A DNA stretch of 35,267 nucleotides from a virus (taxonomy: Duplodnaviria; Heunggongvirae; Uroviricota; Caudoviricetes): the IMG/VR virus record IMGVR_UViG_2737471818_000009; one strand, 5' to 3'. A program made the translations under genes and the position numbers. Under the pieces are notes generated by a model. The model did not search any database. It was not told the origin of the DNA and saw only the letters and a list, made by a program, of their open reading frames with translations. The first letter of the stretch is position 1. Each line of letters opens with the position of its first letter. Positions 18,881 to 26,288 of the stretch are shown in pieces.

Positions 18881-19894
18881 TCAGGCGATGGTTACCGCAG
18901 ACTCATCCACGGCAGCATATAAATCTGGATCGCCCAGGGCGTAACCCTCATAACGCCAGTATGAGTTTTCGAACTGTTTGCGATCGCCCACATCTTCTGC
19001 CTTACGACGGCGGGACCCTTTCAGCGTCAGGATCTGCAGATTTGGCAGCATGGTCACTACCATACGCTTGCCCGGCATAAACGGCGGAATGATGGCCTTG
19101 CGGCCTGCGATGTTCTTCGTCAGCAGCTGTGCGGCCACTTTTTCGGTAGGCTTGTCCTCTTTGTTGTAGAGGCGTAGTTCTTCAGCAGCCACAAGGTCTG
19201 CGCCAACCAGCACGGTAAGGCGAGGATCGTTGTGATACTGCGCCGGGATGTAAGTGCGGATCAGGTCTGAGGCCATAGCGTCAAGACCGACATAATCACC
19301 GCCTTCGCCCAGGGTAACGGCGTCTGTCAGAATACGGGAGGTATTGCCGGGCTGTTCTCCCCACTTTTTGGCGATTTCATGCCAGCCGATGTTGACGTCT
19401 TCGCCGTTCGGGTGACTTTCGGGGTCAGAGTTTTCCGCTACTGTTTTACCGTTAAAGCCAATGCGCAGCATATCCAGCGCAAAGTTGGTGACGGCGGCGG
19501 AGTTCATCAGGTTGAAAAATTCCTGCGGGCTGCCGGCATTCGCCCAGATGGCGAGTTGTTCCCAGGTGATCACGCAGCAGGAATCAGTTTCAACGAGTTT
19601 AAATTCGTTGCCTTTGATGCCCGAACCTTTAGCGAAACGACCGCTTTTCACGCGACCGGTGCGCAGCGTGGATTCGCCCACGGTGACGACCTGCCCTTGC
19701 GGGTGCGGAACGTCCATGCAGGTGGTGAAATTCAGAAATTCCGTGCTTTCCAGCAGGGCTTTACGCAGGGCAATGCTGCGCGGTTCGGTCAGGGAAAAAG
19801 CGCGATCACCTGAGGCAGCGCAGTCACTGAATGTTTTTTGCAGTTCGCTGAGGTACTGATTAACCAGCTTTTGTGCTTCTGGTGTCATGTTCAT
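18881..19894 (-). CDS. N: Major capsid protein, P2 gpN-like
   Basis: 337 aa directly after the scaffold gene; ATG at 19892..19894. Confidence 0.8.
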   Translation of the reverse strand: MNMTPEAQKLVNQYLSELQKTFSDCAASGDRAFSLTEPRSIALRKALLESTEFLNFTTCMDVPHPQGQVVTVGESTLRTGRVKSGRFAKGSGIKGNEFKLVETDSCCVITWEQLAIWANAGSPQEFFNLMNSAAVTNFALDMLRIGFNGKTVAENSDPESHPNGEDVNIGWHEIAKKWGEQPGNTSRILTDAVTLGEGGDYVGLDAMASDLIRTYIPAQYHNDPRLTVLVGADLVAAEELRLYNKEDKPTEKVAAQLLTKNIAGRKAIIPPFMPGKRMVVTMLPNLQILTLKGSRRRKAEDVGDRKQFENSYWRYEGYALGDPDLYAAVDESAVTIA

Positions 19895-19908
19895 TGCGTT
19901 CTCTCCGG

Positions 19909-20799
19909 TTACACCAGGTTAAAAGTTTCGCCACCGGCCGGATTGTTGCCCGGCAGTTTGGTGGCATCCTTGCTGAGTTCAGCAAATGCGGTTTCCATAC
20001 TGGTGACTTTCTCCGCGATGGCGTTCACCGTGGAGAACAGCTTTTCGCCCTGCTCGGTGGTCAGCGTGAAGGTTTTGTCGTCCTTGTTGTTCTGTTCTGC
20101 GTTGTCCTGCCCCTGATCGCCGGTGCTGCCTTCCGGCTTGTTATCACCGGTATCTTTCGGGGCATCCTTCGCGCTGAACTGCGCGACGTTTTCTTCCAGT
20201 TTGCCCAAGCGTTCGCCGGTTTTGTTGATGGCGTCCATCAACTGACCGAACTGTTTTTCGTTCATATCGTTTTCCTGTTTGTTGCGTCCCACGGAGAAAA
20301 GGCCGGAAAAGAAACTGCGTTTGGCCTGCTCGTCGTCAGACTGCAGCGTGAAATTCAGTTCTTCTGCATTCCCCATGTGAATGGAGTCTCCCTGCGAAAA
20401 TTGCAGGCGGGTGGTGTTGATGCTGGCCGGAGTGTCAGTTACAGCGATGCCGGATACAAAGAATTTGCCTGTTCCCAGGTAGTTTTCCTTTACCTCTATG
20501 GAGGTGAAAAGTTTTTGCCCGGCCTCGTTGGCTTCGGTCAGAAAGCGGTTGGGTATCAGGCGGGCTTTCAGTTGCACTTTATCACCGACTTTTTCTGCCT
20601 TCAGTGCATCAACAAGACCATAGTTATTGGTGAAAGCACGCCAGCCGGCGCTGGCATGAAACGGCCAGAGCATGGCGGTGTGTTCGTCCGGGTTATAAAC
20701 CTCGGCGGCATCCGTCAGCCACTTTGGATCAATTTCCCGACCGTCGATGGTGGGGCCTGAAGTGGCTACGACCACCCAGTCTGTTTTCAGTTTCGACAT
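19909..20799 (-). CDS. O: Capsid scaffolding protein, P2 gpO-like
   Basis: 296 aa, acidic Lys/Glu-rich C-terminal half; first gene of the operon divergent from the terminase gene. Confidence 0.75.
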   Translation of the reverse strand: MSKLKTDWVVVATSGPTIDGREIDPKWLTDAAEVYNPDEHTAMLWPFHASAGWRAFTNNYGLVDALKAEKVGDKVQLKARLIPNRFLTEANEAGQKLFTSIEVKENYLGTGKFFVSGIAVTDTPASINTTRLQFSQGDSIHMGNAEELNFTLQSDDEQAKRSFFSGLFSVGRNKQENDMNEKQFGQLMDAINKTGERLGKLEENVAQFSAKDAPKDTGDNKPEGSTGDQGQDNAEQNNKDDKTFTLTTEQGEKLFSTVNAIAEKVTSMETAFAELSKDATKLPGNNPAGGETFNLV

Positions 20800-20993
20800 C
20801 TGAATTAACCCGCTGATAAAAATTAAACTGGCGTTATTTAACGGAGAAATGAAAACGTCGTCATCTGATTAATTTCCGGTACTTTCGGATATGCGTATAT
20901 ATCCGAAAAATACCGAAAAGCGATATTCGTTTTTAAAAAAGCCTTTGCTGAAAATGCATAAATTAAAATTGCATCAGCAGGTGAGGTTTATTT
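20800..20993. promoter_or_regulatory. AT-rich divergent late promoter region between the scaffold and terminase genes
   Basis: 194-bp AT-rich intergenic region; palindrome ttcggatat (20884..20892) / atatccgaa (20899..20907) plus a third CCGAAA copy; no TGT or ACA triplet present, so no canonical P2 TGT-N12-ACA box. Confidence 0.5.
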
Positions 20994-22781
20994 ATGGCGT
21001 ATTCTGATGAGGTGATTGCTACTGCAAAATCGCTCTATCTGAAAAGACACACACCAAAAGAAATACAAAAGAAGCTCGGACTGAACAGCCCGCGAATTGT
21101 TTATTACTGGGCGACAAAGTTTGAGTGGTACACACAGCTTAATACTGAAGGCGTGGAGGATGTTATCGCCCGGCGTCTCGCTGTACTGGCGGAGCGTGAC
21201 CATAAAACCCAGGAAGAACACGATGAACTCGATCGCCTGATTGGCCACCACGTCAAACTGATGTCGGTCAGGAACAAGCACACAGAACGCATGGCTGAGA
21301 TTGCGCGAATGGGAGTGGACATTCCCCAGCCTGGCCGTTATGGAAAAGAAGAACGCGGAGAAAAAGGTGCAGGCAAGAAAGAGCGCCCCCGTAAAGCTAA
21401 TGACGTTACCGGACTGACTGCTGAAAGTTTTGAGCCGTTTACGAAGAAACTGTTTGCTTATCAGTTGCGCCTGCGTGAAAACAAATTCCGCCGTGTACGC
21501 AATCTGCTTAAATCCCGCCAGATTGGGGCGACGTATTACTTCGCGTTTGAGGCGTTTGAAGATGCGGTATTAACCGGCGACACACAGATATTTTTATCGG
21601 CATCAAAACGTCAGGCCGAAGTGTTCCGTACTTATATTGTAAAAATTGCACAAACAGAGTTTGGCATTCCCATTAAAGGCAATCCGGTTAAGTTAAGTAA
21701 TCTGGCTGAACTGTATTTTCTGGCGACCAACAGTAACACAGCGCAGTCAAACAGCGGCCACCTGTATATTGATGAATACCTGTGGATCCCCGGTTTTCGC
21801 CGTCTCAATGAAGTGGCATCAGGGATGGCCACCCATAAACACTGGCGCATTACCTATTTCTCCACGCCGTCATCCAAAACACACCAGGGTTACCCGTTCT
21901 GGTCTGGCGATGAATGGTGCAAAGGCGATCCGAAACGAAAAGGGGTTGAGTTTCCGTCCTTTGATGAGCTGCGCGATGGTGGGCGTGAATGTCCGGATGG
22001 TCAGTGGCGCTATGTGGTTACGCTGGAAGATGCCATTGCCGGCGGCTTTAACCTTGCTGATATCAACGAGCTGCGCGAGCGATACAACGAAACAGCGTTC
22101 AATATGCTGTTTATGTGTGTGTTTGTGGATGACAAAGAGAGCGTCTTTAAATTCGATGATCTTGTGCGTTGTGGTGTTGATGTCAGTACGTGGGAGGATT
22201 TTCACCCGGAAGAGTCTATGCCATTTGGTAACCGTGAGGTGTGGGGCGGCTTTGACCCGGCGCGCTCCGGCGATAACGCCACATTTGTTGTGCTGGCACC
22301 GCCGCTGGTTGCGGCAGAACGATTCCGCGTGCTGGAAAAACACCACTGGCGCAGCATGTCATTCCAGTTTATGGCAGAGCGTATCCGCAGCATTAAGGCG
22401 CGCTATAACATGACGTTTATCGGCATTGACGTCACCGGTCTTGGTTACGGTGTCTTTGAGCTGGTTCAGGGATTTGCCCGCCGTGAAACAGTGGCCATTC
22501 ATTACAGCGTGGAATCCAAAAACCGCCTGGTGATGAAGATGCTGGATCTGATTTACGCCAACCGTATTGAGTGGGATGAGGAAGCCACGGATATTCCGGC
22601 ATCGTTCCTGGCCATTCGTCAGGAGTCTACCAACAGCGGCAATAAAGTCACTTTCACCGCCGAACGTAGCGAAGAAACCGGGCACGCTGACATCTTCTTT
22701 GCCATAGCTCATGCCGCAAGTAATGAACCCCTGAACTATAAGCACAAGCGCAAATCAACATGGATCCTGTCAGATGAGTAA
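20994..22781 (+). CDS. P: Terminase large (ATPase) subunit, P2 gpP-like
   Basis: 595 aa; divergent from O; overlaps the portal gene by 8 nt. Confidence 0.85.
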   Translation: MAYSDEVIATAKSLYLKRHTPKEIQKKLGLNSPRIVYYWATKFEWYTQLNTEGVEDVIARRLAVLAERDHKTQEEHDELDRLIGHHVKLMSVRNKHTERMAEIARMGVDIPQPGRYGKEERGEKGAGKKERPRKANDVTGLTAESFEPFTKKLFAYQLRLRENKFRRVRNLLKSRQIGATYYFAFEAFEDAVLTGDTQIFLSASKRQAEVFRTYIVKIAQTEFGIPIKGNPVKLSNLAELYFLATNSNTAQSNSGHLYIDEYLWIPGFRRLNEVASGMATHKHWRITYFSTPSSKTHQGYPFWSGDEWCKGDPKRKGVEFPSFDELRDGGRECPDGQWRYVVTLEDAIAGGFNLADINELRERYNETAFNMLFMCVFVDDKESVFKFDDLVRCGVDVSTWEDFHPEESMPFGNREVWGGFDPARSGDNATFVVLAPPLVAAERFRVLEKHHWRSMSFQFMAERIRSIKARYNMTFIGIDVTGLGYGVFELVQGFARRETVAIHYSVESKNRLVMKMLDLIYANRIEWDEEATDIPASFLAIRQESTNSGNKVTFTAERSEETGHADIFFAIAHAASNEPLNYKHKRKSTWILSDE

Positions 22782-23808
22782 AAAGAAAAAATACCCCGTG
22801 TTACACGATGGCGTAGCAAAAAAAACAGCCAGCAAAATGACGTTTATTGAATTTGGTGACCCGGAACCGGTCGCTGCATGGGGCTGTTATTACGGCTCGC
22901 TCTGGGATGGTTATAACGGCTGGTACACGCCACCCATTGAGCGCATGGATCTCGCTATGTTGGCCAATATCGCACCGTATCACGGCGCGGTACTGCGTGC
23001 GCGCGTCAATATGATCATGCAGGGTTTTCGTGGGGGTGGTGGTATGACACACGCCGCCATGGCGGCAGCGGTGACCAATCTGCTGATATTCGGGGATATG
23101 GGACTGCTTAAAGTGCGCAATGGCTTCGGGCGGGTGGTGCGCCTGCATACGTTGCCTTCTCTGTACCTGCGGCGTAACAACGAGGGTGGCACGGTGATTG
23201 TGCAGGCGTCACTGGAAGATCTCGTTTACCCGCCAGGCGAAGTGGTGTTCGTGGCCATTTATGACCCGCAACAGCAGGTTTACGGTGTCCCGGATTATAT
23301 TCACGGGATGGAATCTGCCATGCTGAATGTGGATGCCACCCGCTTTCGCCGCAAGTATTACAAGAACGGCGCACATCTGGGTTATATCCTGTATTCCACT
23401 GACCCGGACATGGATCCCGAGCTCGAGGCGGAATTCCGTAAAAAGATAGAGGCGTCAAAAGGGGCGGGCAATTTTAAATCCATGTTTATCAATATACCTG
23501 GCGGAGACAAAGAAGGCGTTAAGGTGATCCCTATCGGGGATTCAGGTACAAAAGATGAGTTCCTGAATATAAAAACCATCAGTGCCCAGGATCAGCTCGT
23601 TGCGCACCGTTTTCCACCCGGACTTGCCGGCATCATCCCCGCAAATACGGCCGGGCTTGGTGATCCGCTGAAATCCCGCGAGGCATATTACAGAGATGAG
23701 GTTATTCCGATGCGCCGTCTGATTATGGAGGGTATCAACAGCGATCCGGATATCAGACGGCTGGGGCAGGTGGAATTTATTCTTGAATTTAACGAATCCA
23801 CGGAGTGA
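22774..23808 (+). CDS. Q: Portal protein, P2 gpQ-like
   Basis: 344 aa, the same length as P2 gpQ; P-then-Q order on one strand as in P2. Confidence 0.85.
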   Translation: MSKKKKYPVLHDGVAKKTASKMTFIEFGDPEPVAAWGCYYGSLWDGYNGWYTPPIERMDLAMLANIAPYHGAVLRARVNMIMQGFRGGGGMTHAAMAAAVTNLLIFGDMGLLKVRNGFGRVVRLHTLPSLYLRRNNEGGTVIVQASLEDLVYPPGEVVFVAIYDPQQQVYGVPDYIHGMESAMLNVDATRFRRKYYKNGAHLGYILYSTDPDMDPELEAEFRKKIEASKGAGNFKSMFINIPGGDKEGVKVIPIGDSGTKDEFLNIKTISAQDQLVAHRFPPGLAGIIPANTAGLGDPLKSREAYYRDEVIPMRRLIMEGINSDPDIRRLGQVEFILEFNESTE

Positions 23809-23809
23809 T

Positions 23810-23835
23810 GTGCGGTATGGGGAAAGAGCGGGTAA
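23810..23835. other. Candidate cos (cohesive end) site
   Basis: cggtatggggaaagagcgg just past the portal stop shares a GGGGAAAG core with the P2/186 cohesive-end sequence as I recall it; P2-family cos lies beside the 3' end of Q. Confidence 0.3.
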
Positions 23836-23873
23836 AATCGGCGGCAGTAAAACGCTGTTCCGGGAGGTGGAAA

Positions 23874-24131
23874 ATGCGCAGACAGAAAGCGCGATGTCAT
23901 TGCTGCGGTGCACATGCAGTGATTGAGAAAACAGCCTGGAAAACCGATCAGTTTGCTGATGTGTATTACCGTTGCACCCGTCTCGAGTGCGGACATACCT
24001 GGGTGATGAATCTGACCTACTCGCACACACTGGTGCCCAGCGGGCTGGATAACGGTGTGTTAAAGCTGTTGATTGAACGGATGCGCCCAGAAGAAAAACA
24101 GATGGCGCTGGAGCTGTTGCAGGCTGGATAG
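23874..24131 (+). CDS. ogr: Late gene transcriptional activator, Ogr/Delta zinc-finger family
   Basis: 85 aa from ATG 23874 (GGAGG RBS); C-x2-C ... C-x4-C arrangement (CHCCGAH ... CTRLECGH); the track ORF 23805..24131 is over-extended upstream. Confidence 0.7.
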   Translation: MRRQKARCHCCGAHAVIEKTAWKTDQFADVYYRCTRLECGHTWVMNLTYSHTLVPSGLDNGVLKLLIERMRPEEKQMALELLQAG

Positions 24132-24153
24132 CTGACGCGCTTCGCTTGTCCAA

Positions 24154-24199
24154 CCCGGAACGGGCACACAAAGAATTTGCGCACCCGTTCCGGGTTTTC
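24154..24199 (+). terminator. Rho-independent terminator shared by the convergent ogr and rrf2-like genes
   Basis: Perfect 11-bp inverted repeat cccggaacggg (24154..24164) / cccgttccggg (24184..24194) followed by ttttc. Confidence 0.6.
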
Positions 24200-24571
24200 T
24201 TATTCAATGGCAGACAACTGATAATTTGTGTCTTCCTGCAGGCTGGTTAAAGAAATATTATCCAGTGCAGCCAGAATAACGTGCTGTGTATATAATCCGG
24301 AACATTTCATTGCCCGAACAACATCACCAACACTGTAATTTTCTTTTGTTGGGATATATCCACCACCCGGGCCGCGTGTGGCTTTTACCAGGCTACTTTC
24401 CCGTAAATATCTGAATATTTGCTCCAGATATGACAGTGAAACGGTTTCTTTGCTTAATTGCCGGAGCGAGATTGGCTTTCCGGTGTACTGTTTCACAAAT
24501 TTAATCATTACCATAACTGCAACTGATGCACGCTGGCTTCCGGAATTATCTTTCATCATGATTACTTCCAT
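24200..24571 (-). CDS. Rrf2-family winged-helix transcriptional regulator (no Cys cluster ligands)
   Basis: ISLSYLEQIFRYLRESSLVKATRGPGGGYIPTK matches the Rrf2/IscR recognition helix-wing signature; only one Cys downstream; ATG 24569..24571 overlaps the upstream stop by 1 nt. Confidence 0.65.
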   Translation of the reverse strand: MEVIMMKDNSGSQRASVAVMVMIKFVKQYTGKPISLRQLSKETVSLSYLEQIFRYLRESSLVKATRGPGGGYIPTKENYSVGDVVRAMKCSGLYTQHVILAALDNISLTSLQEDTNYQLSAIE

Positions 24572-24876
24572 TAATGGCATAAATTGATGGAGCGGGTCAG
24601 TGAATAAAGAGGCAATACATTCCATCCCTTAGAGCGCCAGCTGTCTGCAACATCTTTACTTCTTGTTATCGCCGGTATTCCAATAGGATTATTTGCGTGC
24701 ATCCATGCCACTGGCTCTGCTTCCAGTGATGCAAGTGCGATTTCCAGTGCGATTAACATATTGTGATCGTCTTCATCAAGACCGAACGGGATGTCTTCGC
24801 GCCACGATTTAAACTCTGTGATTTTACGTTGTAACCATTCTTTGGTAATGGTGGACATAGTTACTCCTGTTTTCAC
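24571..24876 (-). CDS. Hypothetical small protein (95-101 aa) coupled between parR and the Rrf2 gene
   Basis: Position 24874..24876 is GTG overlapping the parR stop; first ATG at 24856..24858; no recognisable motif. Confidence 0.4.
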   Translation of the reverse strand: MKTGVTMSTITKEWLQRKITEFKSWREDIPFGLDEDDHNMLIALEIALASLEAEPVAWMHANNPIGIPAITRSKDVADSWRSKGWNVLPLYSLTRSINLCH

Positions 24877-25187
24877 TTCGGGAAAAACGCCTGAATATTC
24901 TTTTTCACCTGCTGCATATGGGGGGCGCTGTCTGCTGCTGGTTGCGCCGGTTTTTCAGGCTGTACTGGTAGCGGTGGCATCCGTATTTCGTCTTCTGACC
25001 ATTCTGCCAGCGAATACGCCAACGCGGGGGTGCGTTTTATAAGAGCCAGTCCGGCCAGAAAAGCCGCGCGTTGTGCGCGGCTGCGTTCGGAGGCTGGCAG
25101 GCTGTCGAGGTAACTGCACGCCTCCCGTTCGCTCTTGACGACGGTGGGCTTCAGATAGAAACTTATCCGTCTGGTTGGTGTCGTCAT
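24873..25187 (-). CDS. parR: ParR-like centromere-binding protein (type II partition adaptor)
   Basis: 104 aa from ATG 25185..25187 (AGGAG RBS); RRISFYLKP...YLDSLPASERSRAQRAAFLAGLAL parallels plasmid R1 ParR (RRTIAFKLNP...TLDSIPQGERSRLNRAALTAGLAL, recalled); 5 nt after the parM stop. Confidence 0.7.
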   Translation of the reverse strand: MTTPTRRISFYLKPTVVKSEREACSYLDSLPASERSRAQRAAFLAGLALIKRTPALAYSLAEWSEDEIRMPPLPVQPEKPAQPAADSAPHMQQVKKNIQAFFPK

Positions 25188-25191
25188 TGAT

Positions 25192-26151
25192 TTACTCCTG
25201 GTCCATTGCGTACAGCCCATTAACCAGAGCAAACTGTGGCACCCCGTCCGCGATGAAAGTCGCATTAACTCCGCAGGCTTCGCAGATAGCGGGTGCCACA
25301 ATCTCCGCTCCTCCACCTACAACCATCACCCGCCCGTAACCCGAAAAACCCGCCAGCGCGCGGATCACGCGTTGTTTCAGTGTTTCTTCCTTTTCACGAA
25401 TAACTGCCATCAGGCTGGCGTAATGCGCGTCATTGTGGATGTGCTGGCGCAGCCAGGCTTCATCGTGGCGATGTTCGATAATGGTATTGGCGATGTGGTG
25501 ACTGGTGCGCATACCGTTGGTGGCCATCACCGACAGCACGGCATCGGCCATCAGAGAAACGCCTACGTGTGGATCGCAAAACACCTGGCTGATACCTGCC
25601 AGCTGCCCCTGAACCTTTGCCACATCCAGCGTGGTTCCGCCCAAATCCACAATCAGCAGGGATTCAAACGGACTCATGTCGGCCAGTGCTTTAAAGCCAG
25701 CCGGAATGGATTCAGGCATAACCCGCACGTTACGGATAGTGAATGCTTCGCCGTTCTGGTACTCCACCGGGCGCATAACGTTCGCTTTTTTGCGGTTGAT
25801 GTTGGCCATGTCCGGCTGTGCGTTTGTGTCGAAATACTCGCTCAGTGGCAGGGTGACAACCACATCCACCTCCTGTGGCGTGATGCCTGATTTGACCAGC
25901 GCGTGATGAATGGCAATGACATTCACATCGCTGTACTGGTATTGCGTGTCGGTCGTCTGGACAAAGCGATCGCTGACCGGATCAAAACCATAGCGCACAC
26001 CATCAAGCATGTAGTTCGCGGGCTGCGTGCCACCGAACGGCGCAGACCATTCCGACTTGAAGCTGTTCGGGCTGATGGCGTTGCGGCGTTCGCCGTTCTC
26101 AGTCCATGCCAGCTTGATGTTGGTGGAGCCGTCGTCGATACAAATTTTCAT
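25192..26151 (-). CDS. parM: ParM/StbA-like actin-fold partition ATPase
   Basis: 319 aa with IDDGSTNIKL, ISPNSFK, YSDVNVIAIHHAL, RKKANVMRPVE, MPESIPAG, DLGGTTLD and GGGAE motifs, collinear with plasmid R1 ParM. Confidence 0.85.
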   Translation of the reverse strand: MKICIDDGSTNIKLAWTENGERRNAISPNSFKSEWSAPFGGTQPANYMLDGVRYGFDPVSDRFVQTTDTQYQYSDVNVIAIHHALVKSGITPQEVDVVVTLPLSEYFDTNAQPDMANINRKKANVMRPVEYQNGEAFTIRNVRVMPESIPAGFKALADMSPFESLLIVDLGGTTLDVAKVQGQLAGISQVFCDPHVGVSLMADAVLSVMATNGMRTSHHIANTIIEHRHDEAWLRQHIHNDAHYASLMAVIREKEETLKQRVIRALAGFSGYGRVMVVGGGAEIVAPAICEACGVNATFIADGVPQFALVNGLYAMDQE

Positions 26152-26180
26152 GTCGCTTTTCCTTATGTTGATTAATTAAT

Positions 26181-26288
26181 CGTTTACGGGATTTTTAAAT
26201 CCCGTTTTTGCCTGTTTTATGCGCGCTTCATATATCGCGGCGCGTTTTTTGCTCATTTACGGGATTTGTGAATCCCGTTTCTGTCTGT
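26181..26288. repeat. Two ~38-bp direct repeats with 20-bp palindromic cores upstream of parM (parC-like centromere/operator candidate)
   Basis: ACGGGATTTTTAAATCCCGT at 26186..26205 and ACGGGATTTGTGAATCCCGT at 26259..26278, each in a tttacggg...cccgttt..ctgtttt context; the second copy lies in the last codons of gene A. Confidence 0.45.

Noticed and set aside
18108-18944. 278-aa plus-strand ORF
   Set aside because: Antisense to the small terminase and the capsid gene start
19873-20760. 295-aa plus-strand ORF
   Set aside because: Antisense to the scaffold gene O; no RBS
24200-24571. Host iscR gene
   Set aside because: The Rrf2-like gene is embedded between phage genes, is coupled to parMR, lacks the IscR cysteine ligands and has no adjacent isc genes
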